Source: Octopus vulgaris
Taxonomy: Eukaryota
NCBI GenBank assembly: GCA_951406725.2
Contig: OX597837.1
Location: forward strand, 17,112,001-17,176,000
Direction of reading: 5' to 3'
DNA: 64,000 nt
Positions 62,773 through 64,000 of the stretch are shown piece by piece (position 1 is the first letter of the stretch; every line of letters begins with the position of its first letter). The position numbers were made by a program, and so were the translations under genes. Under the pieces are notes generated by a model, which ran no database searches, was not told the origin of the DNA, and worked only from the letters and a program-made list of their open reading frames with translations.

Positions 62773-64000
62773 TCAGGCTGAGTAAAAAGTAAGCAACATT
62801 TTGAAACATGAAATTCATTACAATATATTTCAACAATGTAGAAATTTTATTCATCAAAGTAAGTACTATTACAATCAATACACTTTTGCCAATGAATTAC
62901 AAGTTTGTTTATTCTGGTAACATAAAAATCTGGAGTTCTGGAGCTGATGAACTCTTTAAATGCACTTTCAGCATTGGTTTGATTTTTGAACTCCTTCTCT
63001 TGCAGGAAACCATCAAGGTGCTTGAAAAAGTAGTAATTGGTAGGAGAAAGCTCTGGGGAATAAATTGGGTGGTGAAGAACTTTGTTGCCAAGTTCCTTCA
63101 ACTTCTGGAGTGTCATTAGTAATATGTGTGGTGAAGCATTGTCATGAAGAATGATTGGCCCTCTTCTTGGCCAGTCTAGGATGGAGGAGTAGCAGTTTTT
63201 TGTTCATTTTGGCAATTTCAGGGCAGTATGTTTCTGCAGTAATAGTTTTTCTGGGTTTTAAGAAGTTATAGTGGATGAGTCCAGCAGTACATCACCAAAC
63301 AGTCACTTTAACTTTCTTTTTGAAGAGCTCAGGTTTAGGGAAGATTTTTTGGTGCTTCATTTTGGTCCAACCATTGTGGAGAACGTTTTTTATTATTGTA
63401 CAGAATCCACTTTTCATTGCAAGTTGCAATATGATCGAGAAATGGATTGATCTGATTACAGAGAAGAAATGACAAGCAAATTTCATATCTGCACATTTTC
63501 TGATTTTCATTCAAATCATATGATACCCATTTGCTGAGCTTCTTTGATTTTCCAATCGCATGCAAATGGTTGCAGGCAGTTTTCTGGCTAACTTGAAGTT
63601 CTTTTGCCAGTTCTCGAGTGGTTTTACGTAGACTTTTCTCAATGACGGTCTTTAATTGACCATCATGGATGGCAGATGGGTGTCCACTATGCTCACATTC
63701 TTCAAGGCTCAGGTCTCCACTGTGAAATCGTTTAAACCATTTTTGAGCTGACCAATCACTGGTCAATTCCTCACCAAATGTTTCAGTGATATCGCAAGCA
63801 GTTTCAGCTGCTTTACGTCCTTTTTTGAAGTTGAATAGCAAAGTTGCTTGAATATTGCCCTTTGACAGTTCCAATTCAGATGGTTGTAACAATGGTGAAA
63901 AAGATATCAAAGTTAATTTCGTGATGCATTTGGGCAAGTCTGTGTCTGTATTATCAGACGATTGCAAAAAAAATGTTTTAACAAAATTCAAAACTCTGCA
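62773..64000 (-). mobile_element. Mariner transposon (SETMAR/Hsmar-like transposase remnant), runs to the window edge
   Basis: TA + TIR-like TCAGGCTGAGTAAAAAGTAAG; QKWFKRF...SGHPS, ATCNEKWILYNN, HPIYSPELSPTNYYFF. Confidence 0.88.

Overview
Eukaryotic (metazoan) genomic DNA, AT-rich and dominated by repeats. The SINE/RTE repertoire and (TA)n/(CAT)n landscape suggest a coleoid cephalopod such as Octopus, which is inference only. One host gene crosses the window on the + strand: 12 consecutive internal coding exons of a TRAPPC9/NIBP (Trs120) orthologue (9723-62733, 1554 nt). All have AG/GT boundaries and mutually compatible phases; start and stop lie outside the window. The introns are packed with decayed elements: RTE LINEs of two or more families, CR1-like, Tx1/L1-like and R4/Dong-like LINE fragments, three Penelope-like element (PLE) remnants, four mariners, a hAT (Buster/Charlie-type), a probable Chapaev3, two inverted Helitron copies, a MITE and tRNA-derived SINEs. 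Almost all ORFs in the track are TE debris or artefacts. The most notable signals are non-coding. (i) A ~1.14 kb AT-rich fold-back element (45888-47026) carries one type I hammerhead ribozyme motif in each arm, with an unusually long stem II. (ii) A third well-formed hammerhead lies at 147-212 (-). (iii) An inverted Helitron pair brackets three TRAPPC9 exons. (iv) Two RTE copies have a twin-priming-like 5' inversion. (v) The main RTE protein contains a PHD-type Cys4-His-Cys3 finger.
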